Notes: generated from the letters alone by a model not told the origin. A DNA stretch of 61,360 nt from Candidatus Aminicenantes bacterium (GCA_016867635.1 VGJC01000001.1:1-61360); one strand, 5' to 3'; positions 9,105 through 20,294 are shown, counted from the stretch's first letter. Numbers and translations are program-made.

Positions 9105-10082
9105 TCAAGCCATGAGGCTGCAGATGGCGGCGACGTTGACCATGTCGTCGGCCGAGCAGCCCCGGCTGAGGTCGCAGTAGGGCTTGTTGAGACCCTGGAC
9201 GATGGGCCCGACGGCCTCGGCCCCGGCCAGGCGCTCGGTCAGCTTGTAGCCGATGTTGCCGGCGTCGAGGTCGGGGAAGACCAGGACGTTGGCCCGCCCG
9301 GCGACCGGGCTGCCCTTGCACTTGCGCTCGCCGATAGAAGCCACCAGGGCGGCGTCGGCCTGCATCTCGCCGTCGAGCATGAGGCCGGGGGCCTTCTCTT
9401 GGGCCATCTTGGTCGCCCGGATGACCTTGTCGACGTCCTCATGGGCGGCCGAGCCCTTGGTCGAGAACGACAGCATGGCCACCCGCGGCTCCTCGCCGGT
9501 CACGGCCTGGAAGTTCTTGGCCGAGGTCAGGGCGATATCGGCCAGCTGGGCGTCGGTCGGGTTGGGGACCACGGCGCAATCGGCGTAGCAGAGGAGCTTG
9601 TCCGGGAGGACCATGATGAAGTAGCTCGAGACCGTCGAGATGCCGGGGGCCGTGCCCACGGTGTGGATGGCCGCCCGGATGACGTCGCCGGTCGAGGACA
9701 TGTTGCCGCCGACCACGGCCCCGACCTTGCCGGTCGCGAGAAGAAGCCCGGCGTAGTAGAGCGGGCCGCGGGCGGCCTCGGCGCTCTGCTCGAGGGTCCA
9801 CCCCTTGCCCTTTCTCTTCTCGAAGAGGATGTTGACCAGCTCGTCCTTCGCCTCGTGCGTGCCGGGGTCGACGACCGGGATGCCGCCGATGTCGATCCCG
9901 TTGTCCTTGGCCACCTTGGCGATCGCCGCGGCGCCGCCGACGAGCCACGGCTGGGCGATCTTGCCGTCCCTGAGGATCAGGGCCGCCTTGAGCGTCCGGA
10001 CGTCCTCGGCGTCGGGGAAGGCGACCTTGTGGTTCTTCTTGGCGGCCTTGTCGCGGATGTCCCGGATGAAGGTATTTCCCAT
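9105..10082 (-). CDS. pta: Phosphate acetyltransferase (short Pta type)
   Basis: ORF 9105..10466 trimmed to MGNTFIRDI..., which has AAGGAG 7 nt upstream. C-terminal ...[14 protein letters not shown]...[10 protein letters not shown]...[51 protein letters not shown]... is the PTA_PTB signature. Confidence 0.85.
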   Translation of the reverse strand: MGNTFIRDIRDKAAKKNHKVAFPDAEDVRTLKAALILRDGKIAQPWLVGGAAAIAKVAKDNGIDIGGIPVVDPGTHEAKDELVNILFEKRKGKGWTLEQSAEAARGPLYYAGLLLATGKVGAVVGGNMSSTGDVIRAAIHTVGTAPGISTVSSYFIMVLPDKLLCYADCAVVPNPTDAQLADIALTSAKNFQAVTGEEPRVAMLSFSTKGSAAHEDVDKVIRATKMAQEKAPGLMLDGEMQADAALVASIGERKCKGSPVAGRANVLVFPDLDAGNIGYKLTERLAGAEAVGPIVQGLNKPYCDLSRGCSADDMVNVAAICSLMA

Positions 10083-10144
10083 CGTATGACTCCTTAAGAA
10101 TGATATCTCGTTCCCTTGGCCGGCCGCGGCCCCCCGAACGGAGG

Positions 10145-11659
<1,515 letters not shown>

Positions 11660-12493
11660 CTAGGGGAGCTCGGTCTCCTCGAAGCGGCAGAGCGACCGGA
11701 TCTCGTCGTCGAAATAGGATTTCCGGCGCATGAACAGCTCGGCCCAATCGACCTCGTGCCCGTCGAAGTCCGGCCCGTCGACGCAGGCGAACTTGGTCTT
11801 GCCGGCGGCCGTGCAGCGGCAGGCGCCGCACATCCCGGTGCCGTCGACCATGATGGGGTTGAGGCTGACGATGGTCTTGATGCCCAGGGATTTGGTGGCC
11901 TGGGCCGTGGAATACATGAGATAGGTGCAGCCGATGGAGATGACCCGGCCGACGGGGGCCTCGGCCTCGAGGACCTTGTCGAGCTCCTTGTGGACGAAAT
12001 CCCCGGAGCCCAGGGCATGGTCGCGCGACGAGAACAGGACCTTGTCGCAGACCGAGAGATAGCGGTCCTTCCAATAGACGAGGTAGTCGGCCTTGGCGTC
12101 GATGACGGCGATGACCTTGTTGCCGGCCGCCCGCAGGGCCCGGGCCGTCGGCCAGAGGGCCCCGATGCCGAAACACCCGGCGGTCAGGACCACGGTCCCG
12201 AAGGGGCCGATCTCCGAGGCCCGGCCCAGCGGTCCGACGAAGACCGGGACCTCGTCGCCGGCCCGCAGGGCGGCCAGCTTGCGCGTGCTCGTCCCGACCG
12301 ACAGGAAGACGGCCGTGACCGAGCCGCGGCCGGCATCCCAGTCGGCGATGGACAGGGGAATGCGCTCGCCGCGCTCGTCGGGCATGACGATGACGAACTG
12401 GCCCGGGCGGCACTTCCTGGCCACTTCGGGGGCCTCGAACTCGATGAGGTGGAGGTTGGGGACGAGACGCTCGCGGGTCAGGATCTTGGGCAT
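11660..12493 (-). CDS. NfnA / SudB-like ferredoxin-NADP reductase subunit (FAD, 2Fe-2S)
   Basis: 277 aa. ...GQFVIVMPDERGERIPLSIAD... is the FAD-binding beta-barrel and ...SLNPIMVDGTGMCGACRC...FACVDGPDF... is the 2Fe-2S motif of the PyrK/NfnA family. Confidence 0.8.
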   Translation of the reverse strand: MPKILTRERLVPNLHLIEFEAPEVARKCRPGQFVIVMPDERGERIPLSIADWDAGRGSVTAVFLSVGTSTRKLAALRAGDEVPVFVGPLGRASEIGPFGTVVLTAGCFGIGALWPTARALRAAGNKVIAVIDAKADYLVYWKDRYLSVCDKVLFSSRDHALGSGDFVHKELDKVLEAEAPVGRVISIGCTYLMYSTAQATKSLGIKTIVSLNPIMVDGTGMCGACRCTAAGKTKFACVDGPDFDGHEVDWAELFMRRKSYFDDEIRSLCRFEETELP

Positions 12494-14712
12494 CGTCTTC
12501 CTCGCACGAGCTTCAGGCTCTTGTTCTCGAGGGCCAGGTTCAGGCCCTTGTAATCGTCCGGGTCGCGGGGCGCGGCCCCGGCCGAAGCGGCGGCCCGGGC
12601 GGTGAGGGGGGCGTCGGTCACGGCCCCCGGCCAGGCCGGCTCCTCATGCAGGACCAGGCCCTGGTCCGGAAGGGCAGCCATCGCCAGGCCGCCGAAGGCG
12701 GCCACGGTCCGGGCCAGGTCCTTCCGCGCGTCCCCGCCCGAGGAGGGGAGGATCTCCGCGCGGTCCATCCTCGCGGCCAGGTCGGCCAGGATGCGCCAGC
12801 CGGGCCTGGCCTCGCCCGCCGGTTCGAGCGCCGGTCCGGTCAGCTGGACCCGGCCCTCGACGTTGACGAACGTCCCTTCCGTTTCGAACGATGTCGCTTC
12901 GGGCAGGACGACGTCGGCCGCGGCCGTGTTCTCGTCCTCGTAGCTTCCCTGGAAGACGACGAACCCGGCCGCTCCCGGTTCGAGCTTGGGTGAAGGGCCG
13001 GCCAAGTAGAAGGCCCGGACCTTGCGCCGGGAGGCGGTCTCGACCGGGAAGGCGCCGGCGATCTCGAGCCCGCCTCGCCCGTTGGCTTCCCCGTCCAGGG
13101 GGATGACGCGGCCGTCCGTCAGGGCGGCCAGGTTCAGGAGCTCGACGAGCGCGCTCCGCCCGCCGAAGGCCCCGAGGAAAGCCGGGCCGACGAGGTAGAA
13201 AGCCGGCTTTCGCGTCTCGAGGGCCTGGGCGATATCGAGGAGCGTTCCCCGGGTCAGGCCGAGGGACCGGAGCTTCTTCGGGCCGTCGATCTTGACGGCG
13301 GCGCCGCGGACCTTGCGGACGGCGGCCGCCAGGGACTTGAGGAGCGCTTGGCCTTTCCCCGCGGGGAGGGCGGCTCTGAGAGCGGCCCGGCTGGAGGCCC
13401 CCAGGGCCTCGGTGCCGATGTGGACCAATGTCGCCCCGTTCCGGACGGCCCGGGTGACCTCGACGCCCACGATGGGCTGGGTCTCGGGGAGGTCCTCTTC
13501 GAACACGACGATCGTGCCGGCCCGGCCGATGTCGGCCATCTGAAAATTCAGAGCCAGGGACTGCCCTGTGCGGCGCCCGTGAGCGCGGAGCGCGCCGGCG
13601 GCCGACCCTTCCCAGGGGCCGGCGATCGAGCGGGCCTTCAGGATGTCGGCGGCGAAACGGTGGAGGGCGAACAGGTCCTCGCAGGAGCTCTGGGCGGAGG
13701 CGGTCACGGCGATCTGCCCGTCTCCGAGCGCTTTGAGCCCCGCGGCGGCCGCGTTCAGGGCCTCGTCCCAGGAGGCGGCCTCGAGCCGGCCGTCCCGGCG
13801 GACCATCGGCCGGAGCAGACGGCGGGGATGGCCGACGGCGGTCTTCACCAGGAACCGGCCCTTGACGCAGGCCTGGCCGCGGTTGGCCGGGCCCTCGGGG
13901 TCGGGGAGGGTCTCGACGACGCGGCCGTCCCACAACCCGATCTTCAGCCGGCAGCCCTGGGCGCAAAAGGGGCAGAGGGCCTTGACCTCGGAATCGGGCA
14001 GACGTTCGTAGCGGACGCTCCGGTCGGCCAGAGAGCCGGTCGGGCAGACATCGACACAGGCCCCGCAGAAGCGGCAGCCGGAGTCGACGAGGCGGCGGTC
14101 CATGGCCGTGCCGATGACGGTCTCGGAACCGCGGGCGACGAAGGTCAGCACGGAGGCCCCCCTGACCTCAGAGCAGATCCGGACGCACCGGCCGCAGAGG
14201 ATGCAGAGGCTGTTGTCGCGGTCGATGAACGGGTCGTCCCGCCGGACCTCGCCCTCCCGGCGCAGGGCGGGGTAGGGGACCCGTTCGAGACCGACGGCCT
14301 CGACGGCCTTCTGCAGCTGGCAGCGGCCGTTGGCCGAGCAGAGCACGCAACCCGTGGGCTCGCCCGTCTTCCGGATGGTGGATTTGTAGTCGTCGCAGGA
14401 CGACTTCTCGTCGCAGACGAGGCAGGCATGGGGATGTTCGGCCAGGATGAGCTCGAGGATCCCCCGGCGAAGCGACTTGAGCTCCGGGGAATCGGTGCGG
14501 ACCTCGAGGCCCTCTTCGGCGAAGGTCGTGCAGGCCGGCATGTAGCCTCTCCGGTCCTTGACCTCGACGAGGCAGAGCCGGCAGGCCCCGTAGGGTTCGA
14601 GAGCGGGGTGCTCGCAGAGGGACGGGATGAGGATCCCGTTGGCCTTGGCGACCTCGAGGATGGTCGGGCGGCCATCGAAGACGAGCGGACGGCCGTCGAT
14701 GATGATGTTCAT
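12478..14712 (-). CDS. NuoG/Nqo3-like Fe-S protein (2Fe-2S, His-ligated 4Fe-4S, 2x 4Fe-4S, then a degenerate molybdopterin-oxidoreductase domain)
   Basis: ORF 12478..14886 trimmed to MNIIIDGRPLVF..., whose ATG overlaps the NuoF-like stop as ATGA at 14709-14712. Motifs seen: SLCEH...GACRLC...PAC; HPHACLVCDEKSSC; CILCGRCVRIC; CRFCGACVDVCP; CPFCAQGC...C; ...LPEATSFETEGTFVNVEGRVQ.... I see no H-cluster motifs and no FDH Cys/Sec-His site. Confidence 0.75.
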   Translation of the reverse strand: MNIIIDGRPLVFDGRPTILEVAKANGILIPSLCEHPALEPYGACRLCLVEVKDRRGYMPACTTFAEEGLEVRTDSPELKSLRRGILELILAEHPHACLVCDEKSSCDDYKSTIRKTGEPTGCVLCSANGRCQLQKAVEAVGLERVPYPALRREGEVRRDDPFIDRDNSLCILCGRCVRICSEVRGASVLTFVARGSETVIGTAMDRRLVDSGCRFCGACVDVCPTGSLADRSVRYERLPDSEVKALCPFCAQGCRLKIGLWDGRVVETLPDPEGPANRGQACVKGRFLVKTAVGHPRRLLRPMVRRDGRLEAASWDEALNAAAAGLKALGDGQIAVTASAQSSCEDLFALHRFAADILKARSIAGPWEGSAAGALRAHGRRTGQSLALNFQMADIGRAGTIVVFEEDLPETQPIVGVEVTRAVRNGATLVHIGTEALGASSRAALRAALPAGKGQALLKSLAAAVRKVRGAAVKIDGPKKLRSLGLTRGTLLDIAQALETRKPAFYLVGPAFLGAFGGRSALVELLNLAALTDGRVIPLDGEANGRGGLEIAGAFPVETASRRKVRAFYLAGPSPKLEPGAAGFVVFQGSYEDENTAAADVVLPEATSFETEGTFVNVEGRVQLTGPALEPAGEARPGWRILADLAARMDRAEILPSSGGDARKDLARTVAAFGGLAMAALPDQGLVLHEEPAWPGAVTDAPLTARAAASAGAAPRDPDDYKGLNLALENKSLKLVRGRRCPRS

Positions 14713-16529
14713 GACCGTCCCCCCTCTCCCGAGTGTTTCGAGACGGCCCCGACCTTGGGCGGGCAGATGTTCATGCAAGCCCCGCACTTGATGCAGGCGG
14801 CCTGGTCGATGACGTGGACCTGTTTCCGCTCGCCGGTGATGGCGTTGACGGGGCAGGCCTTGAGGCAGAGCAGGCAGCCGACGCACTTGTCGGGCTCGAT
14901 GTCATACGTGATCAGGTTCTTGCAGACCTTGGCCGGGCAGCGGCGCTCGCGGATATGGGCCTCGTATTCGTCCCGGAAATAGCGCAGGGTGGACAGGACG
15001 GGGTTGGGCGCCGTCTGCCCCAACCCGCAGAGAGCCCCCTGCTTGACCGTCAACGCCAGCTCCTCGAGCTTGCGAAGGTCGTCGTCGGTGCCCTGGCCGC
15101 CGGCGATCCGGGCCAGGATGCCGGCCATCTGCCGGGTGCCGAGACGGCACGGGGCGCACTTGCCGCAGGACTCCTCCTCCGTGAAGCGCAGGAAGTAGAG
15201 GGCGATGTCCACCATGCAGGTGTCCTCGTCCATGACGATCATGCCTCCGGAGCCCATCATGGCCCCGGCCTTGGTCAGGCTCTCGTAATCGACGGGCAGG
15301 TCCAGGAGGTCGCGGGGGACGCAACCGCCCGAGGGCCCGCCGATCTGGATGGCCTTGAACTCCCGGCCTCCGGGGATGCCGCCGCCGATCCCGTAGACGA
15401 TCTCCCGCAGGCGGATGCCCATGGGGACCTCGACCAACCCGGTGTTGTTGATCTTGCCGACCAGCGAGAAGACCTTGGTGCCCTTGCTCGTCCCGGTCCC
15501 CAGCCCGGCGAACCAGGCCGCGCCCCGGCTGATGATGGACGGCACGTTGGCCCAGGTCTCGACGTTGTTGATGACGGTCGGCCGCCCCCAGAGCCCGTGC
15601 TCAGCGGGGTAGGGAGGTCTCTGCCGCGGATAGGCCCGCTGGCCTTCGATCGAGGCGATGAGAGCGGTCTCTTCGCCCGAGACGAAGGCCCCGGCGCCGC
15701 GGACGATCTCGAGGTCGAAGTCGAAGCCGGTGCCGAGGATGTCCTTGCCGAGCAGCCCGAGCTCGCGGGCCTGGCCGAGGGCGACGCCCATGCGCTGGAC
15801 GGCCAGGGGATACTCGTCTCGGATATAGAGGAAGCCCTTCTCGGCCCCGATGGCCCGGGCCCCGATGACCATGCCTTCGACCACGGCGTGGGGGTCGGCC
15901 TCCAGGACCGAGCGGTCCATGAAAGCCCCGGGGTCGCCCTCGTCGCCGTTGCAGATGATGTACTTCGGCTCAGCCTTCTCCCGCCGGCAGAGGGCCCATT
16001 TCCGGCCCGTAGGGAAGCCGGCCCCGCCGCGGCCCCTGAGACCCGACGCGGAGATCTCGGCGATGATCCCTTCCGGGGTCATCTCCGTCAGGGCCTTGGC
16101 CATGGCCTCGTAGCCGTCATAGGCGATGTACTCCTCGATCTTCTCCGGGTCGATGCGGCCCCGGTTGCGGAGGACGATGAGGCGCTGGTGCTTGAAGAAG
16201 TCGATGTCCGTCATCTTGGGGACGGGCTTGGCTTCGGCCGGCGGGACGTACATGAACTTCTGGACCGGGCGGCCCTTGACCAGGTGTTCCTCGACGAGGA
16301 AGGGAACGTCCTCGGGCGTCAGGCGCTGATAGAAGATGCCCTCCGGATGGACCACGACGATGGGGCCCCTCTCGCAGAACCCGTTGCAGCCGGTGGCCAC
16401 GACCAGGACCTCGTCCTGGAGGCCGCGCCCGGCGACCTCCTTCTCCAAGGCCTCCTTGAGCGTGAACGCGCCGCAGGAGACGCAGCCCGTCCCGGCGCAG
16501 ACAAGCAGGTGAGTGCGATGGTGTTTCAA
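14709..16529 (-). CDS. NuoF-like NAD(P)H-binding flavoprotein of HydB/HndC type
   Basis: 606 aa. It has an N-terminal thioredoxin-like 2Fe-2S domain (LLVCAGTGC...GCNGFCERGP), the NuoF core (GLRGRGGAGFPTGRKW, NGDEGDPGAF, SCGKCAPCR) and C-terminal 2x 4Fe-4S motifs (CVGCLLCLKACP, CIKCGACMNICP). Confidence 0.9.
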   Translation of the reverse strand: MKHHRTHLLVCAGTGCVSCGAFTLKEALEKEVAGRGLQDEVLVVATGCNGFCERGPIVVVHPEGIFYQRLTPEDVPFLVEEHLVKGRPVQKFMYVPPAEAKPVPKMTDIDFFKHQRLIVLRNRGRIDPEKIEEYIAYDGYEAMAKALTEMTPEGIIAEISASGLRGRGGAGFPTGRKWALCRREKAEPKYIICNGDEGDPGAFMDRSVLEADPHAVVEGMVIGARAIGAEKGFLYIRDEYPLAVQRMGVALGQARELGLLGKDILGTGFDFDLEIVRGAGAFVSGEETALIASIEGQRAYPRQRPPYPAEHGLWGRPTVINNVETWANVPSIISRGAAWFAGLGTGTSKGTKVFSLVGKINNTGLVEVPMGIRLREIVYGIGGGIPGGREFKAIQIGGPSGGCVPRDLLDLPVDYESLTKAGAMMGSGGMIVMDEDTCMVDIALYFLRFTEEESCGKCAPCRLGTRQMAGILARIAGGQGTDDDLRKLEELALTVKQGALCGLGQTAPNPVLSTLRYFRDEYEAHIRERRCPAKVCKNLITYDIEPDKCVGCLLCLKACPVNAITGERKQVHVIDQAACIKCGACMNICPPKVGAVSKHSGEGGRS

Positions 16530-16538
16530 TCTCGTCCT

Positions 16539-16928
16539 TCAGTACATGGTTTCGCTGCCGACGGCCAGCGCGTATTCGGCGACGACCCGGCCTTCGAGCA
16601 CGTGCTCGGCCAGGATCCTGCGCATCTTTTCGGGGGTCAGCTGGGCGTACTTGACGGGGGGCCGGTCCTTGATCTCGACCGTGACCATGGGCTCCCGGTT
16701 GCAGAGCCCGGCGCACCCGGAAGTGGTCACGATGACGTCCTGGACGGCCCGGCTCTCGATCTCCTGGAGGAGGGCGTCCATGATGCCCCGGGCCCCGGCG
16801 GCGATGCCGCAGGTCCCCATGTGCACGGTGACCTTGGCCCGCCCGGCGCCGTCCCGCAGGACGGTCATGGCCTTGGTCTTTTCGCGGATCCGGGCCAGCT
16901 CCTGGATGGTCAGCTTCTTGGTGCTCAA
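16539..16928 (-). CDS. HndB-like thioredoxin-fold [2Fe-2S] ferredoxin
   Basis: 129 aa. ...VTVHMGTCGIAAGA...TTSGCAGLCNREPMV... is the pattern of the small 2Fe-2S subunit found in hnd/hyd loci. Confidence 0.75.
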   Translation of the reverse strand: MSTKKLTIQELARIREKTKAMTVLRDGAGRAKVTVHMGTCGIAAGARGIMDALLQEIESRAVQDVIVTTSGCAGLCNREPMVTVEIKDRPPVKYAQLTPEKMRRILAEHVLEGRVVAEYALAVGSETMY

Positions 16929-16950
16929 TCTCCGTCTCCCGTCGCGTCGT

Positions 16951-17496
16951 TCACGTCGTCCCGATGCTTTCGAGTCCGGACCGGAGCGTCCGCCGGACCT
17001 CCCTGATCAGCTCCGGCCCGGCCGCGGACCCTTCGCACGATCGTGCGAAGAACGCATGGCTGGCGAACCTGAAGGCCCGGCCGTCCCGCCGATGGCGGTA
17101 ACGGAAATCGATCTCGGGATGGCCGAGGACCAACATTATCATCGTTTCGGCCATGCTCGTCAAGGGTTGCCGATCGATGTGGCGGAAACGGAACCGGGCC
17201 GCGACCCGCGTGCCCTTTCCCGGGGTCGAGCGGACGGTCAGGTCGCCGCCGCTCTGCCGGGCCGCCTGGGCCAGGAGCGGCAGGCCCAGCCCGGTCCGCT
17301 TTTGGCCGGTCGTGAAGAACGGGTCGAGGGCCCGCCGGCAAACCTCCTCGGTCATCCCCCGCCCGTCGTCCGAGACCCGGATGGTCAGAAGGCCCCGGGA
17401 CGCGTTCTCGTTGATGAGGATGACGACGCGCGTCGCCCCGGCGTTCACGGCGTTCTCGGCCAGGTCGAGGACGTGGAGGGACAGATCTTCCATCAT
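16951..17496 (-). CDS. GHKL (histidine-kinase-like) ATPase domain protein
   Basis: 181 aa with N-box LAENAVNAG, G1 DDGRGM and G2 GLGLPL. It has no HisKA/DHp region. The start ATGATG overlaps the PHP stop (ATGA). Confidence 0.75.
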   Translation of the reverse strand: MMEDLSLHVLDLAENAVNAGATRVVILINENASRGLLTIRVSDDGRGMTEEVCRRALDPFFTTGQKRTGLGLPLLAQAARQSGGDLTVRSTPGKGTRVAARFRFRHIDRQPLTSMAETMIMLVLGHPEIDFRYRHRRDGRAFRFASHAFFARSCEGSAAGPELIREVRRTLRSGLESIGTT

Positions 17497-18239
17497 GGGG
17501 CGAGGATCCTCCGGCCGCCGAGGCCGGCCAAGGCCTTGCGGACCTCCCCGAGGGTGGGAGAGGCGAGCAGAAAACCGGTCTGCCGGCTGCCGATCTCCTC
17601 GGGACGGTGGGCGTCGGAAAAACGGACCAGCGGATAGCCCGGAGGGGGAATGGACGGCAGCCCGGTTTCCGCGGCCCCGGCGGGAGAGAAGACCTCGAGG
17701 GCGTCAAAAGCCAGGTCCGGGGGGATGAACCCGAGCTGGGAGATGACGCTGAAGGAGCCCCGGTCGTAGTGGGCGGCGACGGCCAGCCCCCCGTGCGCGT
17801 GGATGAGGTCGACGATCTCGTGGACCGTCAGCTCGGTGGCTCCCATGAGGAAAAAGGGGTGGAATCCGGTGACCTCGTCGGCTTCGTTGACCAGGACCTG
17901 GTCCTCGGCGTAGGCCTTCTTCGGACCGCCGTCGGGCAGGCCCCGATGAACGGCCTCGAGCACGGGCCGGACATCGTCCATGGCGTCGAACAGGGCCAGG
18001 ACGTGGACTTCCTCCGCCGAGACGATCTCCATCCCGGGCAGGACGGTGAGGCCTGTCCCGCCGGCCGCCCGCATGGCCGCTTCGGCGTTCTCCGCGGCGT
18101 TGTGGTCGCAGACGGCGATGATATCGAGGCCGACCTCCCGGGCCCGGCCGACGATGGCCCGTGGCGACATCGTCAGCTCGCCGCACGGCGAAAGGCAGGA
18201 GTGGATGTGGAGGTCGGCCCGGTAGCGCCCGAGGGTCAT
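17493..18239 (-). CDS. PHP-domain phosphoesterase
   Basis: ORF 17493..18443 trimmed to MTLGRYRADLHIHSCLSPCG.... The HxH metal motif and later ...AVCDHN... and ...VAAHYD... fit the PHP family. The ATG overlaps the preceding DRTGG stop as ATGA at 18236-18239. Confidence 0.8.
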   Translation of the reverse strand: MTLGRYRADLHIHSCLSPCGELTMSPRAIVGRAREVGLDIIAVCDHNAAENAEAAMRAAGGTGLTVLPGMEIVSAEEVHVLALFDAMDDVRPVLEAVHRGLPDGGPKKAYAEDQVLVNEADEVTGFHPFFLMGATELTVHEIVDLIHAHGGLAVAAHYDRGSFSVISQLGFIPPDLAFDALEVFSPAGAAETGLPSIPPPGYPLVRFSDAHRPEEIGSRQTGFLLASPTLGEVRKALAGLGGRRILAP

Positions 18240-18580
18240 CGCGCCCCGCGCAGGCCGAGCTGGTGAAGCCTTCCGCTCAGCTCGAAGGCCCCGAGGGAGG
18301 TCCCGAGCAGCGGCAGGCGTTGCTCCTCGGACTGACGGACGGTGTCTTCGGACGGCTCCCGGCCGTTGGTGATGATGACGCCGGCCAGGTCCTTGAGGAC
18401 GGCCACGGCGACGACGTTGGGATGGATCTGGATGGTGATCCACAGGTCGTCCTTTCGGCCGTGGGCCATGACGTCGCTCATCAGGTCCCCGATGTAGGCC
18501 CCCGCGACCGGGCGGTCGAGGCCGCCGCGGCCGGCGTGGACCTTGAGCTCGAGTTGCCGGACGATGTCGGAAAGCGTCAT
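18236..18580 (-). CDS. DRTGG-domain protein (small, stand-alone)
   Basis: ORF 18236..18955 trimmed to MTLSDIVRQLELKV.... It is about 114 aa and a paralogue of 20295..20633, sharing ...DLMSDV... and ...RLPLL.T.L..FE.... The ATG overlaps the upstream stop (ATGA). Confidence 0.6.
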   Translation of the reverse strand: MTLSDIVRQLELKVHAGRGGLDRPVAGAYIGDLMSDVMAHGRKDDLWITIQIHPNVVAVAVLKDLAGVIITNGREPSEDTVRQSEEQRLPLLGTSLGAFELSGRLHQLGLRGAR

Positions 18581-19851
18581 CGGATCTCCTTTCGGAAGAG
18601 GGGGCAGTCGTCGAGGTCGGCCAGGCCGCGGACGATGTCCTCGGCCAAGGTCAGGCAGTCGGGGGCGCCGCAGGCCCCGCAGTCCTTTCCGGGCAGGAGC
18701 CGAAGGAGCTCGTCCCGGCGGGTGGCCTTCCGGATGGCCTCGACGGGATCGGGGTCGAGCAGCGGCACTTCGATCGGCTTGACGGGGTGCTGGAACGAGA
18801 GGAAGTTCTCGCGGACGAAGGGGCCGAAGTCGGCCCGCTCGACACCCACCTTCTCGCTGGCCATGGAGACCAGCCGGAGAATGCGGCTCTTGGTGATGAA
18901 GCGGTTCTCGACGGCCAGCGGGCCGCCGACGCAGCCGTCCGGGCAGACCATGCACTCGAGGTAGTCGACGTCCTTGAGCTGGCCGGCCTCGACCTGGTCG
19001 AGGACCCGGATCGTGTCCCGGACCCCCGACACGGCGATCGTCCGGTGCTTCTTGAGGCCTCGCGTCTCGCCTCCCGAGAGCGACCAGCCGAGGCCCAGGC
19101 CGCTGAAGACGTTCGCCGGGAACAGGTGGTGCATGATCGTGCTCTCGTCGATCTTCTTCAGGGCCTGGAGGAGCCGGGGGTAGATGTCGCGGATGGAGAT
19201 GGCCCCGTCCAGGTAGGACTTGGCCATGGTCGCCGGCCTATTGATGGAGACGATCTTGGCCGGGCAGGGAGTGATGTGGATGAGGCCGATCTCTTCGGGC
19301 GCGAGCTTCAGGACGCCGGGCAGGGTGGCCCGCAGGATCTTGGCGGCGATCTCCCGGGGCGGCTCGATGGGCACGATGAGCCCGCAGAGGGACGGGTAGC
19401 GCCGCTGGATGAGCCGTACGACGACCGGGCAGGTCGTCGAGATCAGCGGCCGGGGCTGCGGGTGGGCGGCCAGGTACTCCTCGGCGGCCGAGGCGTAGAG
19501 CTCGCAGATCGAGCTGAGCTCGAAGACCTGGTCGAAGCCCTCGTGGCGGAGGGCCGACAGGACCTCGTTGGGCGTCGTATCGTTGCCGAACTGGCCGTAG
19601 AGCACGGTGGCCGGGATGGCGACCTTGTACCGGAAGGCCCGCAGGTCGGAGAAGGATGTCGTTCGGGATTCGATGGCGTCGTTGGGGCAGTACCGGATGC
19701 ACTCGCCGCAGTCGATGCACAGGTCGCCGAGGACCTGGGCCTTGTTGTCGCGGACCCGGATGGCCCGCGTCGGACAGGCCGTCAGGCAGTGGACGCAGCC
19801 GCCGCACTTTTCGAGGTTGACGCGGATGGGATGGTCGGGGCTCCGGCTCAC
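18577..19851 (-). CDS. [FeFe]-hydrogenase-like protein, sensory/regulatory type (2x 4Fe-4S, H-cluster domain, C-terminal 4-Cys domain)
   Basis: 424 aa. Motifs: CGGCVHCLTACP and CIDCGECIRYCP; H-cluster-like STTCP (canonical TSCCP), ITPCPAK (MPCxxK) and ECMVCPDGCVGG (ExMxCxxGCxxG); C-terminal CGACGAPDC...x16...C. Confidence 0.75.
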   Translation of the reverse strand: MSRSPDHPIRVNLEKCGGCVHCLTACPTRAIRVRDNKAQVLGDLCIDCGECIRYCPNDAIESRTTSFSDLRAFRYKVAIPATVLYGQFGNDTTPNEVLSALRHEGFDQVFELSSICELYASAAEEYLAAHPQPRPLISTTCPVVVRLIQRRYPSLCGLIVPIEPPREIAAKILRATLPGVLKLAPEEIGLIHITPCPAKIVSINRPATMAKSYLDGAISIRDIYPRLLQALKKIDESTIMHHLFPANVFSGLGLGWSLSGGETRGLKKHRTIAVSGVRDTIRVLDQVEAGQLKDVDYLECMVCPDGCVGGPLAVENRFITKSRILRLVSMASEKVGVERADFGPFVRENFLSFQHPVKPIEVPLLDPDPVEAIRKATRRDELLRLLPGKDCGACGAPDCLTLAEDIVRGLADLDDCPLFRKEIR

Positions 19852-20291
19852 GACGGCCTCCCGTCCCGGGCGAAGGTCATCTCCAGCCGCGTGCCCCGGC
19901 CCGGCTCGGAGACGATCCGGAAGACGTCGGCGTTCCTCTTGATGTTCGGCAGGCCCATGCCGGCCCCGAAGCCGAGCTCGCGCATCTCTCTGGTCGCGGT
20001 CGAGTAGCCCTCGGTCATGGCCAGCTCGATGTCGGGGATGCCCGGGCCGTGGTCGTCGACGATGATCGTGACGTCCGCGGGCGTCACGGCCAGGCGGACC
20101 GTCCCCTGGAACGCGTACATGATGACGTTCATCTCGGCCTCGAAGGAGGCGATGGCCGCCCTGCGGACGACCTGGACATCGAGCCCCAGCTCCTTCAGCA
20201 GGTCCTTGATGCGCCGGGAGACCTCACCCGCGCGGGCGAATTCCCCGCCCTTGAGAGAGTACTCCTGACGGTAACACAGGTCCTCTTCCAT
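19848..20291 (-). CDS. RsbW/SpoIIAB-like GHKL ATPase (anti-sigma-factor-type Ser/Thr kinase fold)
   Basis: 147 aa. ...ASFEAEMNVIMYAF...VDDHGPGIPD...GFGAGMGLPNI...EPGRGTRLEM are the N, G1 and G2 boxes of a single-domain HATPase_c protein. Confidence 0.7.
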   Translation of the reverse strand: MEEDLCYRQEYSLKGGEFARAGEVSRRIKDLLKELGLDVQVVRRAAIASFEAEMNVIMYAFQGTVRLAVTPADVTIIVDDHGPGIPDIELAMTEGYSTATREMRELGFGAGMGLPNIKRNADVFRIVSEPGRGTRLEMTFARDGRPS

Positions 20292-20294
20292 GAC

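Noticed and set aside
9105-10082. Reading the phosphotransacylase as a phosphate butyryltransferase (Ptb), given the neighbouring butyryl-CoA genes.
   Set aside because: The C-terminal motif set (STKGSA...DGEMQADAA...[15 protein letters not shown]...[19 protein letters not shown]) and the length of about 325 aa match short-form Pta. In addition, a promoter separates it from the butyryl-CoA operon. Specificity still needs an assay.
10083-10144. Hairpin-like sequence CGTTC-GGGGGGCCGCGGCCGGCCAAG-GGAACG between nfnB and pta, considered as a terminator.
   Set aside because: No U-tract follows on the minus-strand RNA, and a strong SD and the pta start lie immediately downstream. It is probably only a leader structure, so I treated pta as co-transcribed.
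12478-14712. Reading the 744-aa molybdopterin-fold protein as a formate dehydrogenase catalytic subunit, which would make the cluster an NAD-dependent or bifurcating FDH.
   Set aside because: I could not find the Cys/Sec-His active-site dipeptide after the ...SSCEDLFALHRF... segment. The Mo-domain is short, and the C-terminal ...ETEGTFVNVEGRVQ... resembles NuoG/Nqo3. There is also no in-frame TGA. This remains a by-eye judgement; see the corresponding finding for the decisive test.
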